A stretch of 64,000 nt of DNA, taken from NCBI RefSeq assembly GCF_963921235.1, contig NC_086101.1:3040001-3104000 (forward strand). The letters are read 5' to 3'. The notes under the pieces are model-generated. The model worked only from the letters and a program-made list of their open reading frames with translations. It had not been told where the DNA came from and ran no database searches. Shown piece after piece: positions 23,931 to 37,200 of this stretch (positions are counted from its first letter, which is position 1; each line of letters starts with the position of its first letter). This stretch comes from Mobula hypostoma (lineage: Eukaryota). The position numbers and the translations under genes were made by a program.

Positions 23931-24298
23931 TACCTTCTTTCTGAACTTGTTCATCTTCCTCACTTTCAGAGCGGTCATTTCTTATTCTTTTATCCCCTTT
24001 GTCTCGGTTTTCATTCATCCGTCCCCTCACTATCTTCTCATTCCCTTTATTTCTCCCTTCACAATAATCCATTTCTCCCCAGATGCCTACCTCTGATCCC
24101 GAATCCCCATCCCGCTCCTTCTCCACTCTCCCTCAATCCACCCCTCGCTTCGCCTTGTCCGCCATTACCGACCCGCGCGACCCCCTCCCAGCAATTCCCA
24201 CCCCTTCCCCGCTCTCTTCAACAAGTTCCGCAAACATATTCACGCAGACGCTGGCTCTCCCAGCACCACAACTCCCACCAAACTCGTCCCAGAGTCTA

Positions 24299-24600
24299 GG
24301 GTTGGGGTGGGACGTTTAAAGCCATTGCCTAGCGGGGACGTAATTGCATACTGGAGATTACACCCCGCCCTATTTCCCTGATCAGTGGCTGAATTTCAAC
24401 TAATCACATAACCAAGTGCTGATATTTAATTCAAACAGGAGGAAATTTAATTCCCCGGATAGGGTTTGCCGGGTAATTGGATACTGCGGGTTACACCCCA
24501 CCGTATTTCCCGTATCATTGGCTGAATTTGAACTAATAACATAGCCAAGTGGTCGTATTTAATTCCCGGGACACGGGTTACTATGAAACAGGATCAGACC
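24299..24600 (+). promoter_or_regulatory. Proximal promoter of copy B with exon 1 donors deleted
   Basis: Homologous to 7055-7330 with two CCAAT/GC modules. A 35-nt deletion between GACC repeats removes both GTGAGT donors. Confidence 0.55.
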
Positions 24601-25253
24601 ATTATCCCGGACACCCTGCGCTCCCTCTCCCGCGGATTGACGGCGTCCCTCACGGACCCGCAGCCCCGCTGGGAACTCGCTAGCCGCGGTAGTGTAGTGG
24701 TTCGCGTAGCGCCGAGAGCCGGGTTCAAGTCCCACCGCGGTCTGTAAGGAGTTAATCGGTTCTGCCCACAGCCATCCAGGATTCCTCCGGGGAAAGAGGT
24801 CCTGGTTAGAAGGTTAATTGCTCACAAGGGTGGAATTGGGTGTCGAGGGCTTCTGGGACGGATCTCTGAATAATTAGGGTTGGCGGTCAGTCTCTTTGCC
24901 AGGGTGAAATGTCAAATAGGAGAGGGAGTGGGGTAAAGCTGACGGGGAGTGGGGAGGGGGTGTTGAGGGCAAGTTGTTTTACACAGTGATGGGTGCCTGG
25001 AACGGGCTCCGGCGTGGGGTGGAAGCAGATATGATTGTGGTGTGTCGGAGCATTTACACAGACACTCACACATTACGGGAACGGAGTGATTTGAATTCTG
25101 TACACGTGGGTGGGATTAATGAAACCGGCGTAGTGACTGTGTCCTGTCCTACGTTCCAGGTTCTTCCAGCCCTGGAATTGGGAATTCTGCACAGCCGGAA
25201 TTCTGCCTACAGAAGGAACTAGAGCGAGCTGAGAGACTGGGATACCCGTGAGG

Positions 25254-28200
25254 ATGCCGCACTCCGATGGGAAGGCAGAGATGCTCCTGTGGATACTGAC
25301 AGGTACTGGGAGATCCCACTCCGGAGAAGGGACCGAGATGTGGGTTCATTCTGAAACACTGTGGGCTTGATGTCATACGGCTATCGTTATTGGGTTTATT
25401 AGCTCTGTCCTCTAGTGTGAAATTCTGTGTTTTATTGCAGTACAGTGTAAAGACATAAAAATATCGATTATGAAAACAAATAAAGAGAAAAGCTAGTGAG
25501 GAGTTGTTCATGGAGAGTTCAGAAACCTGTCTGAGGACAAGAAGGTGTTGCTGAATCATTGAGTGACTGTCTGCAGGCTCCTGTCCCTCCTCCCTCTTGG
25601 CAGCAATGAGAAGAGGGTATGTTCTGGGTGCTGAGGGTCCTTCATTTAAGAGGGAGTTAGATATGGTCCTTGTGGCTACGGGGGTCAGGGGGTATGGAGG
25701 GAAGGCTGGGGCGGGGTTCTGAGTTGGATGATCAGCCATGATCATAATAAATGGTGGTGCAGGCTCGAAGGGCCGAATGGCCTACTCCTGCACCTATTTT
25801 CTATGTTTCTATGTTCATGTTGGATACTGCCTTCCTGAGGCTTCACCTTTGATCATCTGCTGGTGGTTGGGTTGTGTTTGTGATGGAGATGGCTGAGTTT
25901 ACAACCCTCTGTGGCTTCATCTGATCCTGGGCAGTTCCAGGTGGTAATGCAACCGATCACAATGCTCTCTCTGGTACATCCGGAGAACTTTTACTCTACT
26001 GGGATGTAGGCTATTGACAGCAACTCTCCAAATTCCTTTGACCTGGGCCAGTGTTCCAAGTTGTCTGCAGATGCAGCCAATCTTCCAAGATCCTTCCTCT
26101 TCCAGGGATGAGGTCTTGGGAGCTTCTGTTGCTAGCCACACCACACCCGCCCCCTGTTCCCAACCCCCATCCTTTCATAGCTGGGCTGAAACAGACTATG
26201 GTGGAGATTTGTATGTCTTTGATGACATAACAAATCCTCTCAAACTTCCAATGAAGTAGAGATGTTGGTGTGTCTTCTTCATGATTGCATCAATACCTTG
26301 GTCCCAGGATAGAAATTGTTGTTTGAAAGTAGTTTTGGTTAATGTTTGTGCACCAAGTATTGATTATCCTGAATGCTTTAAGCATTTATTTGTGTATCTT
26401 CCCAATTTAAATGAATATATGTTAATAATGGGTGGTGATTTTAATTGTTGTTTGAATTGGTCTGTGCCCAATTAATTGGTCTGAGACCAATCAGGTACTT
26501 TCAAACAAATCTGCTACTTTTATTAATTCCTTTTTAGTTGTCTCACCAATTTTAGACATTTGGAGTTCTCTTTCTTTTCTCATGTATATTATAATTACTC
26601 GAGAATCGATTACTACTTTATTGATTCTCGATTACTTTCATTTCTCACTTCCTGTGAGTATGATACAATTGCCATTTCCGACCACGTGCCTTTGAAATTA
26701 TCAATTAAATTTAAGGATGCAATTTTTAGTTCTAGACAATGGCGGTTCAAATCTATTTTGCTTCAGGATTTAAATTTTGATAATTTCATTAAAGGACAAA
26801 TTGCATTTTTCTTTTCATCTAACTCAATCGAAGAAACTTCCAGTGGGATATTATGGGATACCTTTAAAGTATATATACTTATATACCACACACATATGTC
26901 CACTGTGCATTATGCACATTCTTTGTTGAATGTGGATTCTAAAATCTTTTTCAAACTATTAGCAATTAGAATGGAGAAGGTACTGCCACAAATTGTCTCG
27001 AAGATCAGACAGGATTTATTAAAAATCGTTACTCATATTTTAATATTAGGAGGCTAATGAACATTGTATACACTACTTCATCTAAAACTCCAGAATGTGT
27101 TATTTTGCTTTATGCTGAAAAGGTGTTTGACAAACTTGAATGGGAATATTTATTTAATACTTTATATTTTATTGTCGCCAAACAACTGATAGTAGAATAT
27201 ACAATCATCACAGCGATATTTGATTCTGCGCTTCCTGCTCCCTGGATTACAAATAATAAATATTAAAAATAGTAAAAATGAGTAAATATTAAAAATTTAA
27301 ATTATAAACCATAAATAGAAAATAGATAAATGGAAAGTAAGGTAGTGCAAAAAAACTGAGAGGCAGGTCCGGATATTTGGAGGGTACGGCCCAGATCCGG
27401 GTCAGGATCCGTTCAGCAGTCTTATCACAGTTGGAAAGAAGCTGTTCCCAAATCTGGCCGTATGAGTCTTCAAGCTCCTAAGCCTTCTCCCGGAGGGAAG
27501 AGGGACGAAAAGTGTGTTGGTTGGTTGGGTGGGTCATGTCCTTGATTATCCTGGCAGCATTGCTCTGACAGCGTGCAGTGTAAAGTGAGTCCACGGACGG
27601 AAGATTGGATTGTGTGATGTGCTGCGCTGTGTTCACGATCTTCTGCAGCTTCTTTCGGTCTTGGACAGGACAACTTCCATACCAGGTTGTGATGCACCCT
27701 AGAAGAATGCTTTCTACAGTGCATTTATAAAAATTAGTGACGGTTTTAGGGGACAGGCCAAATTTCTTTAGTTTTCTCAGGAAGTAAAGGCGCTGGTGGG
27801 CCTTCTTGGCAGTGGACTCTGCTTGGTTGGACCAAGTCAGGTCATTTGTGATATTGACCCCGAGGAACTTAAAGCTTTTGACCTGTTCCACTTGTGCACC
27901 ACCGATGTAAATTGGGTCGTGCGGTCCACTGCTCCTTCTGAAGTCAACAACCAATTCCTTCATCTTGAGAAATATAATTTCTGCTCAAAATTTATATCCT
28001 GGATTCAATTGATATATCATACACCTCTGGCTGCTGTATTTACCAACAATCAGAGATCCCTGTTTTTTAGGTTTTTCGAGGTACCAGACAGGGCTGTTCT
28101 TTAAGCCCTTTACTATTTGATATTGCCCTGGAGCCCTTGGCAATCGTTATTCGTCATTCACCTAATATATTTGACATTATCCGTGGGAATGGGACGCCTA

Positions 28201-31200
28201 AAGTATCACTATATGTACAAACGTAGATGACCAGTTACTATACATCTCTAACCCAGAGAAATCCATCCCTGCAGTAATAAAACCATTTGCTCAGTTTAGT
28301 AGTTTTTCTGGTTATAAATTGAATCTTGATAAGAGTGTGCTTTTCCCATTAAATATGCAAGTTCCAATTTCTAGACAATCCCCATTTAGATTGGTTACTG
28401 ATTATTTCATTTATTTGGGTGTTAGAATTACTAAGAAGCACAAGGATCTATGTAAAATTAATTTTTTTACCCTTAATTCATCATGTTAAACAACTGTTTA
28501 CTAAATGGCCCCATTGTCCTTATCTTTGATTGGTAGAATTAATATGATTAAGATGATTATTTTATCTAAATTTCTGTATCTATGTCAGGCAGTATCAATT
28601 TTTATCCCTAAATTTTTTTGATATTATTGATTCTAAAATTTCTTCATCTATATGGAAGAATAGAAATCCCAGGTTAAGTAAGAAATATTTACAGAAATCA
28701 GAAAAAGAAGGCAGTTTGGCTTTGCTGAATCTTAGATTTTATTACTGGACAATTAGTATTCGATATTTAATGTTTTGGACAGAAAAGTTGGATGAAACTC
28801 AATGTCCACGATGGATGAACCTCGAGCGGGAGTCTGTACAGGGATTTTCGTTGGCTTCTGTTCTAGGAGCTGCACTTCCCTTTGCATTTACTAAATTGAA
28901 TAAACAAATGATAAATCCAGTAATTAAACATACAATATGAATATGCTTTCAATTTTGTAAATTTTTTGGATTGAACAAGTTTATCCTGTCAAGTTCTATT
29001 ATATCTATTTTTTTCTGTCAACCGTCTAGAATTGATCAAAGTTTTCTTCTATGGAAAACAAAGGGAATAACATGTTTTTGTGATTTATTCATGGATGATT
29101 GTTTTATGTCTTTTGAACAGTTGTCTAATAAATGTAATTTGCCAAGATCACACTTTATCAGATTAGAAACGTTCTGAACACTACTTTACCTACCTTTCCG
29201 ATATCGCATCAGATTGAAGTTACAGAAAAAATTTTAGGTTTAAACCCCTATCAGAAGAGTTTAATAACAATTGTTTATGATCTGATTATGAAAACATGTC
29301 TAGGTACATCTGATAAAATTAAGAATGAGTGGGAAAGAGAACTTCAAGTATCTTGATCTACAGAGAAATGGGAGGAAGTTCTTCAGCTAGTTAATACTTC
29401 TTCAATGTGAGCCAGACACGCCCTGGTGCAATTTAAGGTGTTTCACAGGGCTCATATGTCCAAGGATAAGTTAGCTCATTTTTACTGCCACATAAATCCT
29501 GTTTATGATGGATGTAATTCTGAGGTAGCTTCCTTGACACATGTTCTGGTCTTGTCCTGTTCTAGAAAAGTATTGGAAAGATATTTTTGATATTATTTCA
29601 GTAGTTCTGGGTATTGATTTACAACCTCATCCTATTACTGCAATTTTTGGACTACCAGTGATAGACTCTAGTCGTTTATCCTCGTCAGCTTGTCATCTAA
29701 TATCATTTGTTACATTAATAGCCAGAAGATGGAAAGCTTATAATTCCACCCCCTCCAACTACATTTCAATGGTTTTCCCAAACGATAGTATGCCTCAACT
29801 TGGGAAAACGTTAGGAGCCTTTGGTTAAATTTGAAGAAACTTGGAGGCCATTTATTGAATATTTTCATACGATGTAGGTTGACCCTTTCTGAATTCTCTG
29901 TAGTAATTTTTTGTTCATGTATAGAGCAGTGAAGTTAACGACAAATAATAATTTTAGCTGATGTAATATGATAGCACAATTTTTTTTTAGTTTAGGGGTT
30001 CTTCTCTCTTTATAAAATATCTGTTTCATGGTTACTTACTATGAGATTGGGAGGCTGAACTATATTTGTTACTTGGAATCTGTGCTGGTACATGTTACCT
30101 GTTATTAATGTAATCCCGATCTCACGCTTTCCAACGCTGATCCCTCAGTGAGGACTGATCCACAATCAGTTCCCTGGTCTGACTGTCGTTGTGGGTGAGG
30201 TTGTTGTTGTAACACCACTCAAGCAGCTGATCCATCTCACTCCTGAACGTCTCCTCGTCTCCATCTGAGATCCTGTCAAAAGTGTGCAGTACTGAATCAG
30301 GTCCTTCGGCCCGTCCTGGTCATGCTGGATATTGAACCAATCTGTTCTAGTCCCAACACTTGGCCTGTGCCCTGGCAATACAAGTGCTGGTCCAGAGACT
30401 TGTTTAACATTGTGGAAGTCTCTGCCTCCACCTCCCTGTCAGGCTGTGAGTTCCAAAATCAAACCCTTAGTTGTCCAATGTGTTTCACATCATTCTGTTA
30501 TTCCTATCTCATCTGTCTCCAGCACCTCCAGAATCGAGGTTCTTCAAAGACCTTTCCAAAATAAAAAGGTCTGTGTCCAGACAAACCATCTCCGGGTAGA
30601 TTACACACGGTCACAATCAACATTACCTATTCCATCTGCAGTAATGCACATTCTCAGTTCGAAGGTCTGGTGGACTACAACTGCCCCAGATCCATCTTGA
30701 CTGGACATTGTCTTTATCCCCTGCCTCGCCCTAACTTCCACACCACTGACTATACTTCATTCGGAGTTTCTCAGAAGATTTGGTGGCACCAAAGTCTATC
30801 CAATTCCAACAGAAATTCTCTGCTCCCTGTAACGGGTGTGAGGATGATAACTTCTCCGTGTTTTATTCCAGTCCTTCCCACTGTGGTCCAGTGCAGAGCG
30901 GCCATGGCCTCCCCGGACTCAATCACCACCGTCCCTGTTGGTGGATCCGTCCACTTCCCCATCCTCCATGGCAGCGAGGACAAATACGGTGTGATTCTGG
31001 AGAAAACGTCCCCAAACCAGCTGAAGATCTTGGCATGGATGTCAGACCGACCGGAGACTCCGTACGTGATCGTGCCGTCCTACATGAACCGGATTCACTT
31101 CCGGAGAGATGGTGTTATCGAGATGCGAAGCATCAAGATGAGTGACCAGGGGACGTACGAGGTGCAGACAAACTACTTTGGGAGGGAGCTGAGAAACCGT

Positions 31201-34200
31201 GATTGTGACCAGTTTGAGGTCCATGTTGTCGGTGAGTAGTAGTTTTAGAAAGCACAAGAGCACAGAAACAGGCCGTTCAGCCCATCCAGTCTGTACTGGA
31301 TTATGAAAGTGTCATAGATCGCCACAGCCATTCGGACCGTGTGGTCTGTCGAACTGTATTCTCCTGAGTCGCATTGACCCATACGTGGACCATAGCCCTC
31401 CTTACCCCTCCCATCCATGTACCATCCAAAATTTCTCTTCAATATGGAAATCAAACCCACATGCACCATTTGCTCTGCCAGCTCAGTCCACGCTCTCACC
31501 ACCCTCTCGGTGCTGAAGTTCCCCCTCCTCTTCCCCTTAAATAGTGCACCTTTCACCCTTAACACATGACCTCTCGTCGTCTCACCCAAACTCAGTGGAA
31601 AAGGCCTGCTTGCATTTACCCTATCAATACCCCACATAATTTTGTACACCTCCATCAAATCACCCCTCCATCGTCTGTGTTCCAAGGAATAAAGTGTTAA
31701 CCAGTCAACCTCTCCCTGTAACCCAGGTCCTCGTGTCCCGCAATGTCCATGTTTTAGAGACACCACCCACCTTTCCCTCCTGCTGGACCCCACCACGAGA
31801 TTCTCTGATCTCCAGAACCCAGACACCACCCAGGTGACCCTGTCACTGCCTTGACCTCCCCCCCCCACCCACTGTGCCATCCCCCTCTCACTGTGACCAG
31901 CAGCAGGGTCTATCTCAGCCCAATCACCCCCTCCCTCACTCTGGATCCTTGAAATCTCGTGTGGAGTTCCTGATTCTTTTCCCTGGGGGGAGAGTACTGA
32001 CTCCATTCTAAGCCCCTTTATAATACACATCTTTAAGGTGTATAAGTGTTACGGAAACAGCAATGAAAAATCTTTCTGCATCTGAGTGACCGAGGACAGA
32101 CAGAGATGGTGGACCTTCATTTCTGCCCTGAACACCAGCAGGTGTAACGGGAAGTAAATCAGTATAAAGTCACTCTGTAATCCAGGGAATAATGTTGGAG
32201 CCTGCCTATCCTCACCCTATAAGCCTGTTCCTTGTCCAGGCAGGTCCTGGCCTGGAATGTCGACTCCATGGATGCTGCCTGACCAACTGAGTTCTCCTCC
32301 AGCATTTTGTGTGTGTGTTCGTGTTGCTCACATCCTTGTCAATCTCCTCTGCATTTTTTCCACACCTTCCCTTTAACAGGGTAACCACACCACCAAGTGT
32401 GGCCTCACCGACATCTTGTACAACTGTGACGTGATGGCCCTCACTCCTGTAATCAATACCCTGACTCGATTGGGCCAGCACGCTGAACGTCTCCTTCACC
32501 ACCCTGTCTACCTGTGGAGCCACTTTCAGGGAACCATGTTCTTATCCTCCTGGGACATGGACAATCCCCACAGCCCTGAGGTGCCCTACCTCTTGGTTCT
32601 GGAGATTCAAGGGTTCTCTGTGTGGAGTTTGCACATGTGAGCTCCCACTGCCCCGTCCCCACTTGCAATTGTTGTCCCAGTTTCCTCCCCTCAACCCCAT
32701 GAAGAGGAGGGAGAGACAGAGTCCCTCTGTTGATCGGGGTCGACCAGCTGTCTATGAATACACCAGCCACACCATTACAATACGGAGACCAAGCTGTCGT
32801 CCATGCCGCAGGCTCCCTCTCACCATCAGCTGATGAATCCGAAGGCACGGCAGAGACTGAAACAGTCTGACACCCGCGGCGTCGCTGGAGTTGCCAGTCA
32901 GTGTTGAACTGAAGATACAATCCGGTTCCGGATTTCTCCTTGGGATTTACTCCTGAAGCCTTTCCCATGAGTGGGTTTGAGATCAGAGTTTTCCTTCTCC
33001 GACGTGAGCTGCCAGTCACAGCTGAGGAGCCCCGTCTGCCCAAAGCAACCTGCTTGAAGGTGACAGTAACCGGTCTTTGGCCCTTCTGTGAGCAGAAATG
33101 ATCCTGCTGGGTTTAATAGCTGAGCTGTACGTGAGAGTCAGGAGCTGGACTTGGTTGTCAGAGGCTATTTGAGACACGCCATTGGGAGCATTTAATAAAT
33201 TGTGGAGTTTGTATCCTCACTACCCGCTCTCCCGGCTGTAACAATGTTAAAGAACCTCGACCAGCACCTGACTGAATCTTTCCCCAGTGTGTGGGTGTCG
33301 GGTAAAATCTATGGGGGTGGAGTGGATTTGGTTGTGGGGGGTTTGTTGAGGGGAATGTTTTCAAGAATTTAATGTTAATTCATAATGAAATCTCTCCTGG
33401 CAGAGCCGGTGTCTGAGCCAATAGTGGAGATCAGCAGGAATGCCTCCCACATCACGCTGAACTGCACGGCTCTCGGAAGCGGACAGATCACCTATCGGTG
33501 GGAAAGGCAGACAGACGCTACCGTTGGGAACGACACCGTCCATGGAGCCCTGCTGGTCCTGCAGAACGATGGGCTGAGTGGCCACACCTACAACTGCATT
33601 GCTGAAGATTGCTGCAGTCGGCAGATCAGCCTCCCAGTCTCTGTCGACTTCAACCCAGCCAGCAGTGAGTGGGACACAGTGGATGTGTTTCCAGTACTGG
33701 GGGAGTCTCAGGATATGGGGGTGTCCATTTAGGACAGAGATGAGGAATTTCTTTAGCCGGAGGGTGGTGAATCTGTGAAATTCATTGTCTCAGACGGCTG
33801 TGGAGGCCAAGTCATTGGGAGTATTTAAAGCGGAGGTTATCGGTTCTTGGTTATCCAGGGTGTCAAAGGTTACAGTGAGAAGGCAGGAGAATGGGATTGA
33901 GAGGGACAATGAATCAGCCACAGTGGAATGGCAGAGCAGACCTGATGGGCTGAATGGCCTACTTTTGCTCCTGTGTTCTAGTCATATCATCTCCTAGAGT
34001 AGGGTGTGAAGTGAGGACTGCTTGGAATCGAGAACGTGCCCCAGCACCCGACTGGACAGGGGCTGGACTGAGAGAGGGGAGGAGGGAGTTCCAGTTTCCA
34101 GACACAAAGGTTCTGGTTGTGGGTTTCTGACCATGGAGTGGATCAGTGAACTGAGGTTTAAAGCTGTCTGTCTTTCTGTCCCCCAGAGTCCAGAAATTAT

Positions 34201-37200
34201 TGGGCCAGTGTCCTCAGCTTTACAGTCGTTTTGGTGTTAATCTTGGGTCTGTATCTGCTCAGGAAATCTCAGTGAGTATCCTCTTCACTGTCATCCCACT
34301 CTTCGTCTGGCTCCCTTTCATCCATCCCACCCCTGGTGTAAGGTGAGCCCGATGTTGGGACAACACACACACAATGCTGGAGGATTTAGTGGGTCAGGGA
34401 GCACCTACGAGGGGAATAAACAGGCCCGATATATCTAATTATTATTATTATCTTTATCTTTGTTATAACTAATTATCTTTCTACTTCATTATTACTAATA
34501 ATTGATACACTCATCCTTCGATATATTTAAGTACTTCCTGCACCACACCAGTCCCGTGTCCACAGGTAAACCAGGTGTATTTCAGGGACTGAGAATGGAT
34601 GCCCCATCCCTGGTGCTCGGTAGTGCAGTGGATGTGATCTATATGGATTTTAGTAAGGCATTTGACAAGGTTCCACACGGTAGGCTTCACTGTGCCACTT
34701 AGCGCTCCAGGACGCATTGCTGAGAATCGCCTTTCTGCCCATTGAACCAGTGATGGTTTCTTCCGCGCAGTCCACTGAATCCAGGCTTCACACGCTAGGT
34801 AGACGAGCCCTGAGTGTTGTGGGTCTACGGCAGTTCTTGCGGCGTGCTCGCAAGCCTCCCTACCCATTGTTGGACATCCTCATCCGCCTTTGCAGCTGTT
34901 GGGAGATGTCTCCTCTTCCGCCTGCTCCGCCGTTGGGATGATCACCACCCCTCACTTGCTTTCACCCGCTAGCTGCTCCACCTTGGCCGGGTCCTGCAGC
35001 TGCTCCCGACCGTATATACCTGTATAATGGGTCCAGTGTCAGTTCGGCGGCCTCGGACAGGAGTCTCAGCACTTACGGCCCGGTGTTGGCTCGACCTCGG
35101 CCGGCTGTCTCGGTGCTCACAGCGAGAGTGCTGAAAAATATGCCAAATACCCTCCTTCTCAGCTGGAAGATTCCTTGAAAGCCATACCAGGAGCCGCGCA
35201 TCACGGTGAAGGGCCAGAACCTCCAGGCAGTCGACAACTTCACCTACCTGGGCAGCATACTCTCTCGCGCAGTGAACATAGACGCTGAGGTCAACAACAG
35301 GATTGCCAAAGCCAGCGCCGCCTTTGGGAGACTCCGTGAGAACGTCTGGGAGCGGAGAGGACTCAGCCTTACCACCAAGCTGAAGGTCTACTGTGCAGTG
35401 GTCCTTACCACCCTCCTTTACGCCAGCGAGACCTGGACTGTCTACAGCAGACACGCCAAACAGCTCAACCACTTTCACCTGAGCTGTCTCCGCAGACTCC
35501 TCCACATCAGGTGGCAGGACAAAGTCCCCGACACGGAAATCCTGGAACGAGCTGGGCTCTGCAGCGTCTACACCCTCCTGCTGAAAGCCCAAGCCAGGTG
35601 GGCTGGACATGTGGTCAGAATGCCAGACAGCCGATTGCCTAAGCAGCTGCTGTACGGAGAACTGTGTCAGGGCAAGCGCTCAGTCGGGGGGCAGAAGAAA
35701 CGTTACAAAGACTGCCTCAAAGCGTCCCTCAAAGGCCTGGGTGTCGACATCAACTACGTGGGAGACGCTTGCCCTCGACCGTCCAGATTGGCGCAGCAAG
35801 ATCACCACAGGAGCCCGTGCAGCTGAAGTCAGGCGCATTATCGAGGCGCAACGAAAGCGTGCTGTGCGCAAGGCCCGAGCAGCATCCACTGCCACGACAG
35901 CACCCGCCCACTTGTGTCCCACATGTGGGCGAGCCTTCAGGGCCCAGATTGGCCTCATCAGTCACCTCCGGACCCACAGCCACCAATCTCCCATTTGACT
36001 CTGAAGCCATGGTCATCTTCGACTGTGAATGACGAACAACAACAACAACAACAACAACCCTCCTGACGAAGGGTCTCGGCCTGAAATGTCGACTGCACCT
36101 CTTCCTATAGATGCTGCTTGGCCTGCTGCGTTCACCAGCAACTTTGATGTATGTTGGTGTAACAACAACAACATGGTAGGTTTATTCAGAAAGTCAGACA
36201 GCATGAGATCCAGGGAAGTTTGGCCAGGTGGATTCAGAATTGGCTTGCCTGCAGAAGGCAGAGGGTCATGGTGGAGGGAGTACATTCAGGTTGGAGGATT
36301 GTGACTAGTGGTGTCCCACAAGGATCTGTTCTGGGACCTCTACTTTTGGTGATTTTTATTAATGACCTGGATGTGGGGGTAGAGGGTTGGATTGGCAAGT
36401 TTGCAGACCACACAAAGGTTGGTGGTGTTGTGGATAGTGTAGAGGATTGTCGAAGATTGCAGAGAGACATTGATGGGATGCAGAAGTGGGCTGAGAAGTG
36501 GCAGATGGAGTTCAACCCGGAGAAGTGTGAGGTGGTACACTTTGGAAGGACAAACTCCAAGGCAGAGTACAAAGTAAATCGCAGGATACTTGGTAGTGAG
36601 GGGGAGCAGAGGGATCTGGGGGTTCATGTCCACAGGTCCCTGAAAGTTGCCTCATAGGTGGATAGGGTAGTTAAGAAAGCTTATGGGGTGTTAGCTTTCA
36701 TAAGTCGAGGGATAGAGTTTAAGAGTCGCGATGTAATGATGCAGCTCTATAAAACTCTGGTTAGGCCACACTTGGAGTACTGTGTCCAGTTCTGATGACC
36801 TCACTATAGGAAGGATGTGGAAGCATTGGAAAGGGTACAGAGGAGATTTACCAGGATGCTGCCTGGTTTAGAGAGTAAGCATTATGATCAGAGATTAAGG
36901 GAGCTAGGGCTTTACTCTTTGGAGAGGAGGAGGATGAGAGGAGACATGATGGAGGTGTACAAGATAATAAGAGGAATAGATAGAGTGGATAGCCAGCGCC
37001 TCTTCACCAGGTCACCACTGCTCAATACACGAGGACATGGCTTTAAGGTAAGGGTTGGGAAGTTCAAGGGGGATATTAGAGGAAGGTTTTTTACTCAGAG
37101 AGTGGTTGGTGCGTGGAATGCACTGCCTGGGTCAGTGGTGGAGACAGATACACTCGTGAAGTTTAAGAGACTACTAGACAGGTATATGGAGGAATCTAAG

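Larger units (their letters stand above)
18701..24284 (-). mobile_element. Apparently full-length, frameshifted I-superfamily (Nimb-like) non-LTR retrotransposon
   Basis: ORF1 with three CCHC knuckles (CYNCQRFGHIAKNC etc.); ORF2 with APE (DFNAH, GSDHYPV), RT (PQGSVISP, FADD) and RNase H (IYTDG, GNERVDELAK). 14-bp TSD cgtcccagagtcta at 18687-18700 and 24285-24298. Confidence 0.9.
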
